Of a DNA stretch of 64,000 nt, positions 20,276-30,114 are shown in pieces. Each line of letters starts with the position of its first letter. Positions within the stretch are counted from its first letter, which is position 1. The stretch is from positions 1,630,168 through 1,694,167 of the forward strand of contig NZ_JAJQXW010000001.1 in the NCBI RefSeq assembly GCF_021246445.1, in the 5' to 3' direction. This stretch comes from Rhabdothermincola salaria (GTDB lineage Bacteria; Actinomycetota; Acidimicrobiia; Acidimicrobiales; Acidimicrobilacustridaceae). The translations under genes were made by a program, and so were the position numbers. The notes beneath the pieces are model-generated. The model was not told the origin of the DNA and made no database searches. It was given only the letters and a program-made list of their open reading frames with translations.

Positions 20276-21598
20276 GTGGCCGCGGCCCCGGTGAGGCACC
20301 TCGATCGGGAGATCCTGCGCCTGGCCGTGCCGGCGCTCGGCGCCCTGGTGGCCGAACCCCTCTACGTGCTGGCCGACACCGCCATGGTGGGGCGTGCCGT
20401 CGGCACCGACGCCCTCGCCGGCCTGGCCGTGGCCACCAGCATCTTGTTGCTGGGCTACGCCATCTTCATCTTCCTCGCCTACGGCACGACGGCGTCGGTG
20501 GCCCGCCTCATCGGCGCCGGCGACGAGCGCGAAGCCGCCCACCAGGCCGTGCAGGGCCTGTGGCTGGCCCTGGGTCTCGGCGTGGCGGTCGCCGTCGTCA
20601 CCGCCTTCGCCTCCGGGCCCCTCGTCGGGCTGCTCGGGGCCACGGGCGACGTGCGCACCCAGGCCGAGCTGTACCTGCGCATCAGCCTGCTGGGCGTGCC
20701 CGCCATGCTCATGGTGCTGGCCGGCACCGGCTACCTGCGGGGTCTGCAGGACACCCGCACCCCGTTGCTGGTGGCGGCCGGTTCCGCGCTGTTGAACCTG
20801 GTCCTCGGGCTGTGGTGGGTCGTGGTGCTCGATCTCGGGGTCGGCGCATCGGCGGCGTCGACGGTGGTGGCCCAGTGGCTCTCGGCCGGCGTGTACGTGT
20901 GGTGGACGGCCCGGGCCGTGCGCCGCCACCAGGTGCCGCTCGGCGTCGATCCCAGAACGGTGGTGCGCCTGGCGGTGGTGGGGCGGGACCTGTTCTGGCG
21001 CACCGCCGCCCTGCGCGGCTCGTTGCTGGTGGCCACCGCGGTGGCCACCCGCATCGGCACCGTCGACGTCGCCGCCCATCAGATCGCCTTCGAGATCTGG
21101 GCCCTGCTGGCCCTGATCCTCGATGCCCTGGCCATCGCCGGCCAGGCCATGATCGGGCGCTACCTGGGCGCCGGCTCGGTCGCCGAGGCCCGGGCCGCCG
21201 GCCGACGCCTCCTCGGGTGGGGGCTGGCCGCCGGGGTGGTGTTGGGCGTCGTCGTCGCCGGGGCCCACCCGTGGTTGGGACAGCTGTTCAGCACCGATCC
21301 GGAGGTGGTCGCCCTCGCCGGGTTCGTGTTGCTCTGGGTGGCCGTGATCCAACCGGTGAACGGCGTGGTCTTCGTGCTCGACGGTCTGCTCATCGGCGCG
21401 GCCGACATGGCGTTCCTGGCCCGGGCCATGGGGGTGGCCGCCCTCGTGTTCGTCCCCTGCGCGGCGGCGGTGGCCCTGCTGGGGCTGGGCATCGGCTGGC
21501 TGTGGGCGGCGTTGTCGCTGCTGATGGTCACCCGGCTGGTGCTGCTGTGGCACCGCTGGCGGGGCGACGCCTGGGCGGTGACCGGCGCCCACCGCTGA
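20276..21598 (+). CDS. MATE family efflux transporter (DinF-like)
   Basis: ILRLAVPALGALVAEPLYVLADTAMVG, LRGLQDTRTP, AAHQI; about 12 TM segments. Confidence 0.93.
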   Translation: MAAAPVRHLDREILRLAVPALGALVAEPLYVLADTAMVGRAVGTDALAGLAVATSILLLGYAIFIFLAYGTTASVARLIGAGDEREAAHQAVQGLWLALGLGVAVAVVTAFASGPLVGLLGATGDVRTQAELYLRISLLGVPAMLMVLAGTGYLRGLQDTRTPLLVAAGSALLNLVLGLWWVVVLDLGVGASAASTVVAQWLSAGVYVWWTARAVRRHQVPLGVDPRTVVRLAVVGRDLFWRTAALRGSLLVATAVATRIGTVDVAAHQIAFEIWALLALILDALAIAGQAMIGRYLGAGSVAEARAAGRRLLGWGLAAGVVLGVVVAGAHPWLGQLFSTDPEVVALAGFVLLWVAVIQPVNGVVFVLDGLLIGAADMAFLARAMGVAALVFVPCAAAVALLGLGIGWLWAALSLLMVTRLVLLWHRWRGDAWAVTGAHR

Positions 21599-21614
21599 CG
21601 ACGGCTGACCCGGT

Positions 21615-22907
21615 TCAGAAGCGGGTGGTGCAGTGCGGGGCGAGCCCGGTCGCGAACAAGGCGTCGGCGAGCGCGATCGCGCCCGACCGGTGCTCGGTGA
21701 CCAGACCGGCCCCGACCAGGGCCTGCCAGGTGGTGTGGCCGAGGCACAGCGCGCCGAGGTCGGCGACGGAGGTGGACAGGTCGGGATCGGCCTCGACCCT
21801 GGTGCACGCCGCCGTGCCGGCCGCATCGGCCTGGACCAGGTAGGTGCCGGTGACGTCGAAGGGACAGGCCGAGCCGGACCGCTCGGCGGTTCGGCGGCCG
21901 AACGGATCGGCGATGTGCACGACCACCTGGCCCTGACCGGCGTAGCCGCGGGCCGACAGCAGGCCGGCCACGTCGACCGGGCGCACCCACAGACCGTCGT
22001 GGCGCTCGGTGACGCCGAGGGCACGCGGGTCGGCGAGGCGGAGGCGGTGGGGCTCGTCCATCGGGCGGCGCGAGATCACCACGGACGACACCAGGTCGAG
22101 GGTGGTGAGGTACTGCCACAGGGCAGCGTCGGTCTCGGGGTCCGATGCGACCATCTCGAAGACCTCGGCCTCCCAGGTCCCCACCTCACCGCGCTGGTGC
22201 ACCTTGTACAGGGCGTAGCCGGTGGCGGAGCCGTCGGGCTCCTCGGACGCCACGACCACGAAGCCCCGACCGAAGCTCTTCCACGTGGCCGTCTCGGACA
22301 GCAGGCACTCCCACCACGCCTCGCGGCGGCTGAGCTCGCCCGGGCGTTGCTGGCGGTACCGGTCGAACGCGGGGGCCAGCGTCGCCGCCGCCTCGGCCTG
22401 GGGGACGAGACGCAGGTGGCGCTCGGGAGGCGCGGCCAGGGTCGACGCCTGATGCCGGTCGATCCTGAGGCTCTCGTGCTCGCTGGCCACCCCGTAGCCG
22501 AAGCGTCGGTAGATGCCGGCCTCGGAGGCCAGCAGCACGGCGGCGGCGTCGCCCCGCTCGGCGACGTCGACCAGCTGGCGGGCCATCATCGAGGTGAGCA
22601 GCCCGCGGCGGTGGTGGGTGGGGCGCACACCCACGTTGGTGACTGCGGCGACCGGCACCGTGGGGGCGGGACGTCCCGCCCCGATGTCCTCGGTCGCACC
22701 CGGCAACGTCATGGCCGTCGAGTACGCCGCGGCCCCGCCCACGAAGACCCCGTCGAGCTCGGCGACGAGGGTGCGGTCGTACTCCACGACACCCCGCTCG
22801 AGCTCGACGTGGGCGGCCGGCGGCACGAACCCGAAGGCCAGGTCGGTGGCTCGCACGAACTCGCCCAGCTCGTCGTCGCCGATGGTGCGCAGCGTCACGT
22901 CCCCCAT
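21615..22907 (-). CDS. Eis-like GNAT acetyltransferase with SCP2-like C-terminus
   Basis: VGVRPTHHRRGLL, LLASEAGIYRRFGYG, LWVRPVDV, C-terminal PHCTTRF. Confidence 0.9.
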   Translation of the reverse strand: MGDVTLRTIGDDELGEFVRATDLAFGFVPPAAHVELERGVVEYDRTLVAELDGVFVGGAAAYSTAMTLPGATEDIGAGRPAPTVPVAAVTNVGVRPTHHRRGLLTSMMARQLVDVAERGDAAAVLLASEAGIYRRFGYGVASEHESLRIDRHQASTLAAPPERHLRLVPQAEAAATLAPAFDRYRQQRPGELSRREAWWECLLSETATWKSFGRGFVVVASEEPDGSATGYALYKVHQRGEVGTWEAEVFEMVASDPETDAALWQYLTTLDLVSSVVISRRPMDEPHRLRLADPRALGVTERHDGLWVRPVDVAGLLSARGYAGQGQVVVHIADPFGRRTAERSGSACPFDVTGTYLVQADAAGTAACTRVEADPDLSTSVADLGALCLGHTTWQALVGAGLVTEHRSGAIALADALFATGLAPHCTTRF

Positions 22908-22957
22908 GGGTGGAGTCTGCCCCACCCTGGGCCCGACGCCACGGGGGTTCGGACGCG

Positions 22958-22990
22958 ACGAGGGCCCGGGCGCTCGGCCCGGGCCCTCGT
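22958..22990 (-). terminator. Hairpin after the lipoprotein genes
   Basis: ACGAGGGCCCGGG-CGCTCGG-CCCGGGCCCTCGT. Confidence 0.6.
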
Positions 22991-23007
22991 GTCAGGTCAC
23001 GAGGTGG

Positions 23008-23589
23008 TCAGCTACCGAAGTCCGAGGCGTCGAAGCCCTCGCAGTTCTCGGCGAGCCACTCCTCGATGTTGGCCTGAGCCTCGGTGACCTCGTCGCTCTC
23101 GAGGGCGGCACCGGCCTCTTCCATCTTCTCCTGGTACTCCGGGTCGAAGATGTTGCCGCCACCCTCGCCCAGCGCCTCACCGAACTCGGCGAACGCGTCC
23201 TGGATCACCTCGAAGTCGTCGGCGATCTCGTCGGGGATCTCGGCACCGAGCCCGGCCAGCTCGTCCTCCATCTCCTGGAGCTCTTCGTCCTCCATGGCCC
23301 CACCGAACATCGACCCGAGAGCGCCCAGGCTGATGGTGGCGTAGGCCAGCCCGACGTTGGTGCACTCGTCGTCGCCGAACATGCCCAGGGCGTTGTCGAG
23401 GTCGCCGCTGCTGCCGCCGTCGTCGCTGTCGCTGCCCGAGTCGTCGGTGGCCTCGGTGGTGGGGGAATCGTTGCCGCTGGACTCGACGACGGGGTCGTCG
23501 CCACCACCGCCGCACGCGGCCACGGCCACCACCATCACCAGGGCGAGCAGGGTCGCCATCACCTTGTTGCGCATCGCAGTCATCGCCAT
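23008..23589 (-). CDS. Acidic helical lipoprotein of unknown function
   Basis: Lipobox VAAC, S/D/G linker, IPDEIADD, WLAENC. Confidence 0.8.
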   Translation of the reverse strand: MAMTAMRNKVMATLLALVMVVAVAACGGGGDDPVVESSGNDSPTTEATDDSGSDSDDGGSSGDLDNALGMFGDDECTNVGLAYATISLGALGSMFGGAMEDEELQEMEDELAGLGAEIPDEIADDFEVIQDAFAEFGEALGEGGGNIFDPEYQEKMEEAGAALESDEVTEAQANIEEWLAENCEGFDASDFGS

Positions 23590-23635
23590 GTCGAGCTCAC
23601 TTTCCGTCCAGGCTGGGGCCGTGGTCGTCCAGAGA

Positions 23636-24145
23636 CTACGCGCCGGGAACCAGCAGGTCGGCCGGTCCCACCACATCCGGCCCGCACTCGGCGTCGATCC
23701 AGGCCCCGAGCTCGGCCGCAGCCGCCTCGAAGGCCTCGGTCCCTTCGGCGAGGACCCCGGCCACCTCGGCGTCCGACGGCCACGAGCCGCTCGACGCCGC
23801 CGCGGTGTGGAGCAGGGCCAGGGCCTCGACCTGCGTCGTCACCGCCGCCTCCATGGCGGCCAGGTCGTCGGCGAACCCCGGCGGAACCTGGGTGCGCAGG
23901 CCGGCGAGCCACTCCCCGAGCTCACCCTGCTCGGCCGAGGACGACGCCTCCGGGCCCAGCGCCGGAAAGGCGGTGGCGTGGGACAGGTGGATCAGCGCGA
24001 CGCACTGGGCGGTGCGATCCTCCTCATGCCCAGCGGACGTGCTGACGACCGCCGGCTCGGGCGGAGGCGCAGACGCGGCAGTGCCCGAACAGGCCGAGGC
24101 GAGCAGAGCGAGAAGGGCCGCCCGGGCGACGTGGTGTGAGGACAT
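23636..24145 (-). CDS. Lipoprotein of unknown function, probable paralog of its neighbour
   Basis: GGAGG RBS; lipobox ASAC; VPPGFADD, WIDAEC. Confidence 0.7.
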   Translation of the reverse strand: MSSHHVARAALLALLASACSGTAASAPPPEPAVVSTSAGHEEDRTAQCVALIHLSHATAFPALGPEASSSAEQGELGEWLAGLRTQVPPGFADDLAAMEAAVTTQVEALALLHTAAASSGSWPSDAEVAGVLAEGTEAFEAAAAELGAWIDAECGPDVVGPADLLVPGA

Positions 24146-24399
24146 GTCGAGACCTCCAGTGGGTCCTCGTGGCTTCGAGGACCCCGGAGGGCCGATGCGC
24201 CGACGATACCCCCGAGCCGATTCCCCGCCAAGGGGCTCTGCTGATGGCGCCCTCCTCGCAGGCTCGTCGGGACGCGGTGTGGGCGGGTCGCTGGCGCTCC
24301 CGTCGCCCACCTGTCCGCAAACGTCATCTGACTCACGACGACAGCGAGCCTTCGACCACGTGGCCGCTCCTCGCCACACCCCTGCGACAACCAGCCGTC

Positions 24400-24581
24400 G
24401 GCCTCCCGGGGGGTGGCCCGGACCACGGTTCTGACGCGCGCACAGGAGCGAGTGCGGCTCGGCGAGCGCAGCCTGCGATCGACGAAGGGTTCGTCGGCCC
24501 ACGCCCGAGCTCGACGAAGCCGCCGCTCTGAGCGACTGAGCACGTCAGGTTCTGGTCCGGGACAGGACCCGCCGGGAGGTC
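24400..24581. other. 182-nt imperfect rod-like inverted repeat
   Basis: Nested stems GGCCTCCCGG/CCGGGAGGTC, CCCGGACCA/TGGTCCGGG, CTGACG/CGTCAG, GAGCG/CGCTC, GCGGCT/AGCCGC, CGAGC/GCTCG, apical CGACGAA-GGG-TTCGTCG. Confidence 0.65.
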
Positions 24582-24601
24582 GGGGGGTGAGACGTGCGCG
24601 C

Positions 24602-26098
24602 TCAGGCGCCGACGCGGCGCTGCTCCAGGAGGGCGGTGACGATCTTGCCGTCGGCCTGGCCCTTGGTGGCCTTCATCACGTTGCCGACGAAGAAGCCGGT
24701 GAGCTTGCCCCGCTTCTTGTCGTCGCCCTCGCAGTAGTCCGACCAGGCCTCGGCGTTGGCGGCGATGATCTCGTCGAGCACGGCCTCGAGCGCCGAGGTG
24801 TCCATGGCCTCGAAGCCCTTGGCCGCGGCGATGGCGTCGGGCGGCTCGCCGCTGGTGACCATCTCGGCCAACACGGCCTTGGCCTGGGTGGCGGTGAGCT
24901 TGCCGTCGAGCTCGAGGGCGATGAGGGCGGCGAGGTGGGACGGATCGAGCCCTTCGGCCCCCTCGACGGCCAGGTTGTGCTCGACGTGGGTGAGCACCCG
25001 GGCCGGCTCGCCGCCGGCGTCGATGGCGGACAGGGCCAGAGCGTCGAGGTCGCGGGCCACCGCGATGGCGGCTTCGGCCGGTGCCACCCCGGCCGCGGCG
25101 GCCAGGCGGGCCCGGCGCTCGGCCGGGAGCACGGGGAGGGCGGCGTCGATGGCGTCGACCCACTCCCGGCCGGGGTCGAGGGGCACGAGGTCCGGTTCCT
25201 GGAAGTACCGGTAGTCCTCGGCTTCCTCCTTGGACCGCCCGGGACGGGTGCGGCCTGCGCCCTCGTCCCAGTGGCGGGTCTCCTGGCGGATGCGCTCACC
25301 GGTCTCGAGCAGGTCGACCTGGCGGCGGGCCTCGTACTCGATGGCCCGCCCGAGCGAGCGCAGCGAGTTGAGGTTCTTGATCTCGCAGCGGGTGCCGAGC
25401 TCGGCGTCGCCCACGTGACGCACGCTGACGTTGGCGTCGACGCGCAGCGACCCCTCCTCCATCTTGGCGTCGGAGGCGCCGGTGGCCAGCAGGATGGCCC
25501 GTAGCTCGTCGATGTAGGCCTTGGCCTGCTCGGGGTGGCGGATGTGGGGTCGGCCCACGATCTCGACCAGCGGCACCCCGGCGCGGTTGTAGTCGACGAG
25601 GGAGTAGTCGGCGCCGTGGATGCGCCCACTGCCCCCGGCGTGGGTGTTCTTGCCGGTGTCCTCTTCGATGTGGGCCCGTTCGATGCCGACGCGGGTGCCG
25701 TCGGGGAGGTCGAGCCAGCCGTCGACGTTGATGGGCCGGTCGTACTGGCTGACCTGGTAGTCCTTCGGCATGTCCGGATAGAAGTAGTTCTTGCGGGCGA
25801 AGACCGACGGCTCGACCTCGCAGTGCAGCGCCCGTCCGAGGCGCATGGCCAGCTCCACCACCTGGCGGTTGAGCACGGGCAACGACCCCGGGAGCCCCAG
25901 GCAGACCGGGCAGACGTTGGTGTTGGGCTCGGACCCGAAGTGGTTGGGGCACCCGCAGAAGAGCTTGGTGGCGGTGGCCAGCTCGCAGTGGACCTCGAGG
26001 CCCACCACGATCTCCCAGGTGGCCCCGGTGGCCTCGCTGTCGATGGTGAAGTGCTCGCCCTCGATGGGCTCGTGGGTGAGGTTCTCGATCGGGCTCAT
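24602..26098 (-). CDS. gatB: Asp/Glu-tRNA amidotransferase subunit B
   Basis: [52 protein letters not shown]. Confidence 0.98.
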   Translation of the reverse strand: MSPIENLTHEPIEGEHFTIDSEATGATWEIVVGLEVHCELATATKLFCGCPNHFGSEPNTNVCPVCLGLPGSLPVLNRQVVELAMRLGRALHCEVEPSVFARKNYFYPDMPKDYQVSQYDRPINVDGWLDLPDGTRVGIERAHIEEDTGKNTHAGGSGRIHGADYSLVDYNRAGVPLVEIVGRPHIRHPEQAKAYIDELRAILLATGASDAKMEEGSLRVDANVSVRHVGDAELGTRCEIKNLNSLRSLGRAIEYEARRQVDLLETGERIRQETRHWDEGAGRTRPGRSKEEAEDYRYFQEPDLVPLDPGREWVDAIDAALPVLPAERRARLAAAAGVAPAEAAIAVARDLDALALSAIDAGGEPARVLTHVEHNLAVEGAEGLDPSHLAALIALELDGKLTATQAKAVLAEMVTSGEPPDAIAAAKGFEAMDTSALEAVLDEIIAANAEAWSDYCEGDDKKRGKLTGFFVGNVMKATKGQADGKIVTALLEQRRVGA

Positions 26099-27549
26099 CG
26101 GGCCAACTCCTCGAGGCTCGGCGCGGCCGCTTCGAGCACGGCCGCGGCCCGGAACATGGTGGGTTCGCCCAGCGCCGGAGCCAGCAGTTGGACCCCCACG
26201 GGCATGCCGTCGGCGCCGGGGCCGTAGGGCACGCTCATGGCCGGGTGACCGGCGAGGTTGGACGGAATGGTGCACACGTCGTTGAGGTACATGGCGAGCG
26301 GGTCGTCGGTCTTGTCGCCGAAGCGGAACGCCGTGGTGGGCGAGGTGGGGGACAACAAGAGGTCGGCCTGCTCGTAGGCGGCGTCGAAGTCGCGCACGAT
26401 GAGGGTGCGGACCTTGAGGGCCTTGCCGTAGTAGGCGTCGTAGTAGCCGGCGGACAAGGCGTAGGTGCCGAGCATGATGCGGCGCTTCACCTCGTCGCCG
26501 AACCCGGCGGTACGGGTGGCGGCGTTCATCTCGGCGGTGGTGGGGGCGTCGACCCGGAGGCCGTAGCGCACGCCGTCGTAGCGGGCCAGGTTGCTCGACG
26601 CCTCGGCCGGGGCGATGAGGTAGTAGGCCGACAGGCCGTAGGTGACGGCCGGGACCGACACCTCGACGATCTCGGCGCCGGCGGCGGCCAGGGCCTCGGC
26701 GGCCTCTCGCACCCGAGCAGCCACGTCGGGGGCGATGCCGTCGCCCATGAGCTCGGTGACGAGGCCCACCCTGAGACCCGCCACGCCCTGGTCGAGGACC
26801 GGCCCGACGGGCTGGTAGGGCCGGTCGATGGAGGTGGAGTCGCGGGGGTCGTGGCCGCCGATGGCGTCGAGCAGCAGCGCGGCGTCGGCGACGGTGGTGG
26901 AGAACGGACCGATCTGGTCGAGCGAGGAGGCGAAGGCCACCAGCCCGTAGCGGCTGACCAGGCCGTAGGTGGGCTTCACACCGACCACGCCGCAGAGGGC
27001 AGCCGGTTGGCGGATGGAACCCCCGGTGTCCGAGCCGAGCGACACCGGGGCGAAGCCGGCGGCCACGGCGGCGGCCGAACCGCCCGATGACCCGCCGGGG
27101 ACCCGGTCGGTGTCGCGCGGGTTGCGGGTGGGGCCGAAGGCCGAGTTCTCGGTGGACGAGCCCATGGCGAACTCGTCGAGGTTGGTCTTGCCGATCGCCA
27201 CCGCGCCCGTGGCCGCCAGGCGCGCCACGACGGTGGCGTCGTAGGGCGGGCGCCAGCCCTCGAGGATGCGGCTGGAGCAGGTGGTGGGCAGCCCTCGGGT
27301 GCAGAGGTTGTCCTTGAGGGCGACCGGGACGCCGGCCAGGGGCCCCGGGTCCTCGCCGGCGGCCACCCGCTGGTCGATGACGTCGGCCGCGGCGCGGGCC
27401 TCGTCGGCCAGGACCAGGTTGAAGGCGTGGACCTCGCCCTCGGTCGCGTCGATGGTGGCGAGGTGGGCGTCGACGACGGCCCGGGCCGACACCTGCCCGG
27501 CGCGCACACCGGCGGCGATGCCGGCGGCGGTGGCGGGGAGCTCGCTCAC
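26095..27549 (-). CDS. gatA: Asp/Glu-tRNA amidotransferase subunit A
   Basis: Amidase signature [31 protein letters not shown]. Confidence 0.98.
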   Translation of the reverse strand: MSELPATAAGIAAGVRAGQVSARAVVDAHLATIDATEGEVHAFNLVLADEARAAADVIDQRVAAGEDPGPLAGVPVALKDNLCTRGLPTTCSSRILEGWRPPYDATVVARLAATGAVAIGKTNLDEFAMGSSTENSAFGPTRNPRDTDRVPGGSSGGSAAAVAAGFAPVSLGSDTGGSIRQPAALCGVVGVKPTYGLVSRYGLVAFASSLDQIGPFSTTVADAALLLDAIGGHDPRDSTSIDRPYQPVGPVLDQGVAGLRVGLVTELMGDGIAPDVAARVREAAEALAAAGAEIVEVSVPAVTYGLSAYYLIAPAEASSNLARYDGVRYGLRVDAPTTAEMNAATRTAGFGDEVKRRIMLGTYALSAGYYDAYYGKALKVRTLIVRDFDAAYEQADLLLSPTSPTTAFRFGDKTDDPLAMYLNDVCTIPSNLAGHPAMSVPYGPGADGMPVGVQLLAPALGEPTMFRAAAVLEAAAPSLEELAR

Positions 27550-27848
27550 GGCTCCTCCCCCAGGATGGCCGGGACCCGGAAGCGCCCGTCCTCGACGGAG
27601 GGGGCCTGACCCAGCACCTCGTCGCGGTCGACGCAGGCGTCGACGACGTCGTCGCGCAGCACGTTGGCGAGCGGGAGCGGGTGGGCGGTCGGGGCGACGT
27701 CGGCCAGGTCGAGGGCGGCGACGTCGGCGGCGTGGTCGAGCACGGCCCCCAACTGGTCGGTGTAGGTGTCGAGCTCGGTGTCGCTGAGCGACAGTCGGGC
27801 GAGGTGGGCCACATGGGCCACGTCGTCACGGGTCAGGCGTTCGGGCAT
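27546..27848 (-). CDS. gatC: Asp/Glu-tRNA amidotransferase subunit C
   Basis: [23 protein letters not shown]; upstream of gatA. Confidence 0.97.
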   Translation of the reverse strand: MPERLTRDDVAHVAHLARLSLSDTELDTYTDQLGAVLDHAADVAALDLADVAPTAHPLPLANVLRDDVVDACVDRDEVLGQAPSVEDGRFRVPAILGEEP

Positions 27849-27930
27849 AGGCGCTTCATGCTACGTGGGCCGTCGCGTGGTCCCGATAGGGTCATCGGCG
27901 TCGAGCGTCTGGACGTCCCAGGAGGGCCCC

Positions 27931-28350
27931 GTGGCCGAGCAGTACGAGTTCCTCAGCGAGGAGTGGCTGGCGCAGGTGCGCCGCCTCCGCGAGGAGATGC
28001 CCGAACCCGAGGGCGAACCGCCGGTGACCATGAAGATGAACGTCGTGGTCATCCAGACCCCCTTCGACGGTGGCGACATGAAGGGCCACGTCGACACCTC
28101 CAAGGGTGAGCTGCTCGTCGAGGAGGGCCACCTCGACACACCGGACCTCACCGTGACCGTCGAGTACGACACCGCCAAGGCCATCTTCGTCGAGCAGGAC
28201 CTCGCCGTGGCCATGCAGGCCTTCATGGCCGGCAAGGTCAAGGTGCAGGGCGACATCACCAAGCTCATGGCCCTGCAGGCCCAGGCCATCACCCCGGATC
28301 CCAACGCCGTGGCCATCGCCGAGGCGGTCAAGGACATGACCCGCTCCTGA
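27931..28350 (+). CDS. SCP2 sterol-binding domain protein
   Basis: FLSEEW N-terminus; MQAFMAGKVKVQGDITKLM; GGAGG RBS. Confidence 0.9.
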   Translation: MAEQYEFLSEEWLAQVRRLREEMPEPEGEPPVTMKMNVVVIQTPFDGGDMKGHVDTSKGELLVEEGHLDTPDLTVTVEYDTAKAIFVEQDLAVAMQAFMAGKVKVQGDITKLMALQAQAITPDPNAVAIAEAVKDMTRS

Positions 28351-28358
28351 CCCACACC

Positions 28359-28413
28359 GCGAACCTGTCGAAAAAGTGCGCCGACAGATGACGCCCTTTC
28401 CCGACAGGTTTGC
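28359..28413. repeat. Palindromic intergenic repeat, copy 2
   Basis: GCGAACCTGTCGAAAAAGTGCG...ACGCCCTTTCCCGACAGGTTTGC between convergent genes. Confidence 0.8.
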
Positions 28414-28482
28414 CGGGCACGGGTGCGCAGGGTGGGTCAGCGTCGGGGGCGGTGGGGCCGGTCGGTGCCGGTCAGGGGCCGG

Positions 28483-30060
28483 TCAGGTGCCGGCGTCGGC
28501 GGTGCGCCCGGTCGGCTCGGGCGCGCCGAAGTCGGTACGCCGCACGAAGAAGGCGGTGACCGCCGCCCCCATGGCCACCGCGGTGCCCACCAGGTAGGCG
28601 GTGGCGTAGGAGCGATCGCCCTGGGTGGCCACGGTGGCGGCCTGCACGGTGAGCAGGATCTGCATGCCGGCCACCGCGCCGATCTGTGACGTGGTCTGCG
28701 ACGCGGCGCTGGCCACGCCGAGGTCGCCGCTGTCGACGGTGTTGGCCACGCTGGCGATCATCGACGGGGCCACCGCGCCCATGCCCACCCCCGACAGGGC
28801 GAGGGAGATCTCGATCCACCACAGGCCGGTGCCGGTGCCCACGGCCGCCATGCCCATCATGGAGGCGGCGAGGAACAATCCCCCCGCGACCCCGATGGTG
28901 CGCTCCCCCCACTTCACGGCCAGGTAGCCGGCGATGGGCCCGACGATCGAGTAGGCCGCCGGACGCACGATGGACGCCAAGCCGGTCTTGGTGGTGCTGA
29001 AGTCGAGCAGGTCGCTGAGCAGCAGCGGGGTGAGGATGAAGCCGCCCATGTAGGTGAAGTTGGCGAGGAACAAGGTCGCGAACGGGAACGAGAAGTTGCG
29101 GTGCCGGAAGTACCGCATGGGCAGCAGCGGGTGGGCGACGCGGTTCTCGGTGCGCACGAACCACCACAGCAGCAACGGGGTGACGAGGAAGCCGCCGAGC
29201 ACCAGGGGGCTCGTCCAGCCGCTCTCGGGCCCGCGGTTGAGCGCGAGCAGCAGCGAGCCCACGCCGAGGGCCAGCAGCACCGAGCCGAGGACGTCGAAGC
29301 GCACCCGCTCGCCTCGCTCCGTGTCGGGCAGGACGAGGAACCCGATGACGAGGGCGGCGATGGCCACCGGAGTCTGCAGCACGAAGATCCAGCGCCACCC
29401 GTAGCCGTCGACGAGGGGGCCACCGATGACCACCCCGAGCACCGGGGCCCCGGCGACGACCAACGACCAGTAGCCCATGGCCTGGGCCCGGCGGGCCGGG
29501 GGGAAGCTGCGGTTGATCATGGCCAGGGCCGACGGGCCGGCGGCCGCCCCGGTGGCCGCGCCCAGGAACCGGAAGACGATCAACGAGTAGGCGTCCCAGG
29601 CCACGACCGCGGCGGCCGAGAAGACCACCACCCCGATCATGCTCACCAGGTAGACGGGCCGGGCGCCGAGACGATCCGAGAGCTTGCCGGCGATGGGACC
29701 GAGCACGGCCATGGCCAGGCTGGGGCCGGTGATGGCCCAGGTCAGCACGCTGGCGGTCGACCCCAGGTCGTCGGCGATCTCGGGCAGCGACACCGTGAGC
29801 ACGGTGATGGTGAAGCTGGCGGTGAACACCCCGAGCAGCGAGGCGGCCAGCACGATCCACGGGCCGCGGGAGCTGCGGCCGATCCGGCCCTCGACCCGCC
29901 GGCGCAGCATCAGGCTCCACGGCAGCACCGCGATGTCCTCGGCGCCAGGTGGCTCCAGGCCGATCTCGAGCTCGTCGGTGGACTCGTCGGCTCTGGTCGC
30001 ACCGGTAGCCGGCCGGGCCGACCCGCCGGAGGCCGACGGGTTCTGGTCGGACACGGGCAC
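28483..30060 (-). CDS. MFS transporter (DHA2/EmrB-like)
   Basis: GKLSDRLGAR, GWRWIF, about 14 TM segments. Confidence 0.92.
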   Translation of the reverse strand: MPVSDQNPSASGGSARPATGATRADESTDELEIGLEPPGAEDIAVLPWSLMLRRRVEGRIGRSSRGPWIVLAASLLGVFTASFTITVLTVSLPEIADDLGSTASVLTWAITGPSLAMAVLGPIAGKLSDRLGARPVYLVSMIGVVVFSAAAVVAWDAYSLIVFRFLGAATGAAAGPSALAMINRSFPPARRAQAMGYWSLVVAGAPVLGVVIGGPLVDGYGWRWIFVLQTPVAIAALVIGFLVLPDTERGERVRFDVLGSVLLALGVGSLLLALNRGPESGWTSPLVLGGFLVTPLLLWWFVRTENRVAHPLLPMRYFRHRNFSFPFATLFLANFTYMGGFILTPLLLSDLLDFSTTKTGLASIVRPAAYSIVGPIAGYLAVKWGERTIGVAGGLFLAASMMGMAAVGTGTGLWWIEISLALSGVGMGAVAPSMIASVANTVDSGDLGVASAASQTTSQIGAVAGMQILLTVQAATVATQGDRSYATAYLVGTAVAMGAAVTAFFVRRTDFGAPEPTGRTADAGT

Positions 30061-30114
30061 GGCCGTCAGCCTATCCGGCCACCTCGGGCCGCCTTCCGGT
30101 GGTCGCCGACCCGG

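Noticed and set aside
20276..22907. MATE plus Eis-like GNAT as a resistance island
   Set aside because: Both are common chromosomal actinobacterial genes with native codon usage and no mobility signs.
24146..24400. Possible c-di-AMP or c-di-GMP riboswitch before the lipoproteins
   Set aside because: Conserved aptamer motifs not found by eye; an Rfam scan would be decisive.
24602..27829. Apparent 1075-aa GatB fusion
   Set aside because: The upstream part is an off-frame read of gatC/gatA; real gatB starts at 26098 with an ATGA overlap.
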